Below, piece by piece: positions 59,643 through 64,000 of a stretch of DNA of 64,000 nucleotides; position 1 is the stretch's first letter; every line of letters starts with the position of its first letter. The notes beneath the pieces were generated by a model, which was not told where the DNA came from, searched no databases, and saw nothing but the letters and a program-made list of their open reading frames with translations. A program made the translations under genes and the position numbers. Source of the DNA: the human T2T-CHM13v2.0 reference genome, Homo sapiens; NCBI GenBank assembly GCA_009914755.4, contig CP068257.2:8288001-8352000 (forward strand), read 5' to 3'.

Positions 59643-62600
59643 AAAAACTATACAGCAGTACTCTGAGAAACTTCCTTGCAATGTGTACACTGAACTCTCG
59701 CAGTTGAACATATCTTTGGATTGAACGGGTTTGAAAATATCTTTTTGTAGAACCTGGAAGTGGATATATGGAGCCCTTTGCGGCCTACAGTGTAAAAGGA
59801 AATATCTTCACAAAAAAACTACACAGAAGCATTCTGAGAAACTTCTTTGTGAAGGGTGCATTCATCTCACAGACTTCAACCTTTCTTTTGATTGACCAGT
59901 TTAGAAACTTTTTTTGTAGAATGTGCAAGTGGATATTTGGAACGCTTTGGGGACTATTGTGGAAAAGGAAATATCTTTACATAAAAACTACACAGAAGCA
60001 TTCTGAGAAGTTTCTTTGTGATGTGTGCATTCATCTTACAAAGTTGAAACTTTCTTTTGTTTGAGCAGTTTGGAGACACTCTTTTTGTAGAATCTGCCAG
60101 TGGATATTTGGAGCCGTTTGAGGCTTATGGTGGAAAAGGAAATATCTTCAGATAAACACTACACAGAATCATTCTGAAACACTGCTTTGTGAAGTGTGAA
60201 TCCATCTCACAGAGTTGAACCTTACTTTTGATTAAGCAGTTTTGAAACGCTCTTTTTGTGGAATGTGAAAGTGGATATTTGGAGTGCTTTGAGGTCTATG
60301 GTGGAAAAACTACAAAGAAGGATTCTGAGAAACTTCTTTGTGATGTGTGCATTCAACTCACAGATTTGAACATATCTGTGGATTGAGCAGCTTTGAAACT
60401 GCCTTTTTGTTCAATCTGCAATGGGATATTTTGAGCCCATTGCGGCCTATGTTGGAAAAGGAAATATCTTCAGATAAAAACTACACAGAAGCATTCTGAG
60501 AAACTTCTTTGTGATGTGTACATTCATCTCACAGAGTAGAACCTTTCTTTTGATTGAGCAGTTATGAAATACACTTTTTGTAGAATGTTCAAGTAGATAT
60601 TTGGAGGGCTTTGAGGCCTATTGTGGAAAAGTTAATATCTTCAAATAAAAACTACTCAGAATCATTCTGAGAAACTACTTTGTGATCTGCGAATTCATCT
60701 GAAAGACTTCAAAATTTATTTTGTTTGGACAGTATGGAAACTCTTTTTATAGAATCTGCAAGTGAATATTTGGAGAGATTTGAGGCCTATGGCAGAAATG
60801 GAAATATCTTTACATGAAAACTACACAAAAGCATTCTGTGAAACTTCTTTATGATGTGTGCATTCAACTCACAGAGCTAAACCTAACTTTTGATTGACCA
60901 GTTTTGAAACTCTCTTTTGTAGAATCTGCAAGGGGATATTTGGAGTGCTTTGAGGCCTACTGTGGAAAAGGGAATATCCTCACATAAAAACTACACAGAA
61001 GCATTATGAGAAGCTTCTTTGTGATGTGTGCATTCAACTCACAGAGTTGAATATTTCTTTTGATTGTGCAGCTTGGAAACACTGTTTTTGTAGAATCTGC
61101 AAATGGATATTTGGAGCACTATGTGGTCTATTGTGGAAAAGAAAATATCTTCACATAAAAACTTCACCGAAGCATTCTAAGAGACTTCTTTGTTATGTGT
61201 GTATTCAACTCACAGAGTTGAACCTATCTTTTGATACAGCAGTTTTGAAACTCTCTTTTTATAGAATCTGAAAATGGATATTTGGAGCCCTTTGCAGCTT
61301 ATGGTGTAAAAGGAAATATCCTCACATAAAAACTATGCAGAAGCATCCTGAGAAACTACTTTGTGATGTGCTCATTCATCTCACAGAGTTGAACTTTTCT
61401 TTTGATTGTGCAGTTTGGAAACACTCTTTTTGTAGAATCTGCAGGTGGATATTTGGAGGGTTTTGAGCCCTATGGTGGTAAAGGAAATGTCATCACATGA
61501 AAAATAAACAGAGGCATTCTGAGAAACTTCTTTGTGACTTGTGGATCCACCTCCCAGAGTTGAACCTATCGTTTGATTAAGAAGTTTTGAAACTCTATTT
61601 TGTAGAACCTGCAAGTGGATATTTGGAGCCATTTGCGGCCTATGGTGTAAAAGGAAATATCTTCACTTTAAAACTACACAGAAACATTCTGAGACACTTC
61701 TTTGTGACGTGTGCATTTATCTCACAGAGTTGAACCTTTCTTTTGATTGAGCAGTTTGGAAACACTCTTTTTGTAGAATCTTCAAGTGGATATTTGGAGT
61801 GCTTTAAGGCCTATTGTGAAAAAGGAAATATCTTCACATAAAAACTACACAGAAACATTCTGAGTAACTTCTTTGTGATGTGTGCATTCATCTGACAGAG
61901 TTGAACCTCTCTTTAGTTTGAAGAGTTTGGACTCTCTTTTTGTAGAATCTGCAATTTAATATTTGGAGCACTTTGAGGCCTACGGTGGAAAAGGAAATAT
62001 CTTCACATAAAAACTACACAAAACTATTATGAGAAACTTCTTTGTGGTGTGTGCATTCAACTCACAGGGTTGAACTTATCTTTTGGTTGACCAGTTTTGA
62101 AACTCTCTTTTTGTAGAATCTGCAAGTGGATATTAGGAAACCCTTGTGGCCTATGGTGGAAAAGGTAATATCTTCACATAAAAAGTACACAGAAGCATTC
62201 TGAGAAACTCTTTGTAATGTGAGCATTCATCTCACAGATTTGCACCTCTGTTTTGATTGAGCAGTTTCAATCTGCAAGTGTATATTTGGAGCGTTTTGTG
62301 GCTATGGTAGAAAAGGAAATATCTTCTCATAAAAAGTACACAGAAGCATTCTGAGAAACTTCTTTGTGATGTATTCATTCTACTCACAGATTTGAACCTA
62401 TTTTTTGATAGAGCGGTTTTGAAACTGTCTTTTTCAATAATCCGCAAGTGGATATTGGTAGCCCTATGCGGCCTAAAATGGAAAAGGAAATATCTTCACA
62501 AAAAAAACTACACAGAAGAATTTTGAGAAACTTCTTTGTGATGTGTGCATTCCTCTCAGAGTGTTGAACGTTTCTTTTGATTGCGCAGTTTGGAAACACT

Positions 62601-64000
62601 CTTTTTGCAGAATGTGCAAATTGCTATTTGTAGCACTTTGAGGCCTCTGGTGGAAAAGGAAATATCTTCACATAAAAAATACCCAGAAGCATTCTGAGAA
62701 ATTTCTCTGTGATCTGTGCATTCAACTCAGAGGGTTGAATCTATCTTTTGATTGAGCATTTTGAATCTCTCTTTCTGTGGAATCTGCAAGTGGATATTTG
62801 GAGCCCTTTGCGGCCTATGGTGGAAAAAGAAATATCATCACATAAAAACTACACAGAAGCATTCTGAGAAACTTTTTGTGATGTGTGCATTCATCTCACG
62901 GGGTTGAACCTATCTTTTCATTGAGCAGCTTTGAAACTCACCTTTTGAAGAATCTGGAATGGGTATTTGGAGGCCTTTGTGGCATATGGTGCAAAAGGAA
63001 ATATCTTCACATAAAAACTACACAGAAGCATTCTGAGAAACTTCTTTGTGATGTGTGCATTCAACTCACAGAGTTGAAGCTACCTTTGATTGATCAGTTT
63101 TGAATCTCTCTTTTTGTAGAAGCTGCAAGTGGATATTTGGAGCCCTTTGCAGCCTATAGTGGAAAAGGAAGTATCTTCACATAAAAACTACACAGAAGCA
63201 TTCTGAGAAACTTCTTGTTGTTGTGTGCATTCATCTCACACACTTGAACCTATCTTTTGATTGAGCAGTTTTGAAACTCTCTGTTGGTAGAATCTGAAAT
63301 TGGATATCTGGAGTACTTTGGTGCCTATTGTGGAAAAGGAAATATCTTCACAAAAAAACTACATGAAAACATTCTGAGAAACTTCTTTGTGATGTATGCA
63401 TTCATCTCACAGAGTTGAACCTTTCTGTCGATTCAGCAGTTTTCACATTCTTTTTGTAGAATCTGCAAGTGGATATTTGGAGCGCTTTGGGGCCTATTGT
63501 GGAAAAGGAAATATCTTCACAGAAAAATTACACAGAAGCATTCTGAGGAAGTTCTTTGTGATATGTACATTTATCTGACAGTGTTGGACATTTCTTTTGT
63601 TTGAGCAGTTTGGCATCACTCTTTTTGTAGAATCTGCAAGTGGATATTTGGAGAGTCTTGAAGCCTATGGTGTAAAAGTAAGTATCTTCACATAAAAACT
63701 ATACAGAAGCAGTCTGAGAAAATTCCTTGTGGTGTGTGCATTCTTCTCACAGAGTTGAACCCATGTTATGATTGAGCAGTTTTGAGACACTCTTTCTGTA
63801 GAAACTGCAAGTGGATATTTGGAGCGCTTTGAGGCCTGTTGAATAAAAGGAACTATCTTCATATAAAAACTACACAGAATCATTGTGAGAAACTAGTTTG
63901 TGATGAGTGCATTCATAACACAGAGTTGAACCTATCTTTTGATTCAGTAGTTTTGAATCTCTCTTTTTGTAGAATCTGCAGGTAGATATTTGGAGCCTTT
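59643..64000 (+). repeat. Alpha satellite, plus orientation, class X, monomeric (about 25 monomers), the 3' flank of L1 copy 2
   Basis: Resumes as aaaaactatacagcagtactctgagaaacttccttgcaatgtgtacactgaactctcgcagttgaacatatc and continues with class X monomers (gtggatatttgg, aaaaactacacagaagcattctgag) to the window end. Confidence 0.94.

Noticed and set aside
59715-59730. A possible CENP-B box (tttggattgaacgggt contains AACGGG)
   Set aside because: It lies at the wrong position in the monomer (the cttttgattgagcag segment, not the cctTCGTTGGAAACGGGAatatc segment) and lacks the TTCG half-site. It is a chance match.

Overview
This window is primate, most likely human or great-ape, centromeric or pericentromeric alpha-satellite DNA. 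It holds about 52 kb of ~171-bp monomers (roughly 300), interrupted by two full-length but inactivated LINE-1 (L1PA-type) retrotransposons in opposite orientation. Every monomer inspected has the pJalpha (A-type) motif ttccttttccaccatagg at the position where a CENP-B box would sit, and no CENP-B box was found. That pattern fits an older monomeric or dimeric satellite layer rather than an active higher-order-repeat core.

The array is a mosaic of two monomer classes that I label X and Y, and it changes strand three times. X is diagnosed by aaaaactaCacagaagCattctgag and gtggaTatttgg. Y is dimeric, alternating ataaaatctaGacagaagcaatctgag and ataaaaactaGacagaagaattctgag, with gtggaCatttgg. The layout is X(-) 1-9350, Y(-) 9351-19741, L1(-) 19742-25821, Y(+) 25822-26700, X(+) 26701-44770, Y(+) 44771-51643, Y(-) 51644-53606, L1(+) 53607-59642, X(+) 59643-64000.

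The two L1s are paralogous arms of an old inverted segmental duplication. Their 5' junctions, and about 0.9-1.1 kb of satellite flank beyond them, are reverse complements at roughly 92-95% identity and share idiosyncratic substitutions. Each L1 sits exactly where the satellite changes strand, and neither has a target-site duplication. A third abrupt strand switch, in mid-monomer, lies at 51643/51644. Several recent local amplifications are also present: an exact 171-bp tandem duplicate, a triplicated 341-bp dimer, and a dispersed 370-bp duplicate.

I see no cellular protein-coding gene, RNA gene, CRISPR array or prokaryote-style system. The many 60-150-aa ORFs in the six-frame track outside the L1s are periodic translations of the satellite monomer. 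The only real coding potential is the disrupted L1 ORF1 and ORF2.
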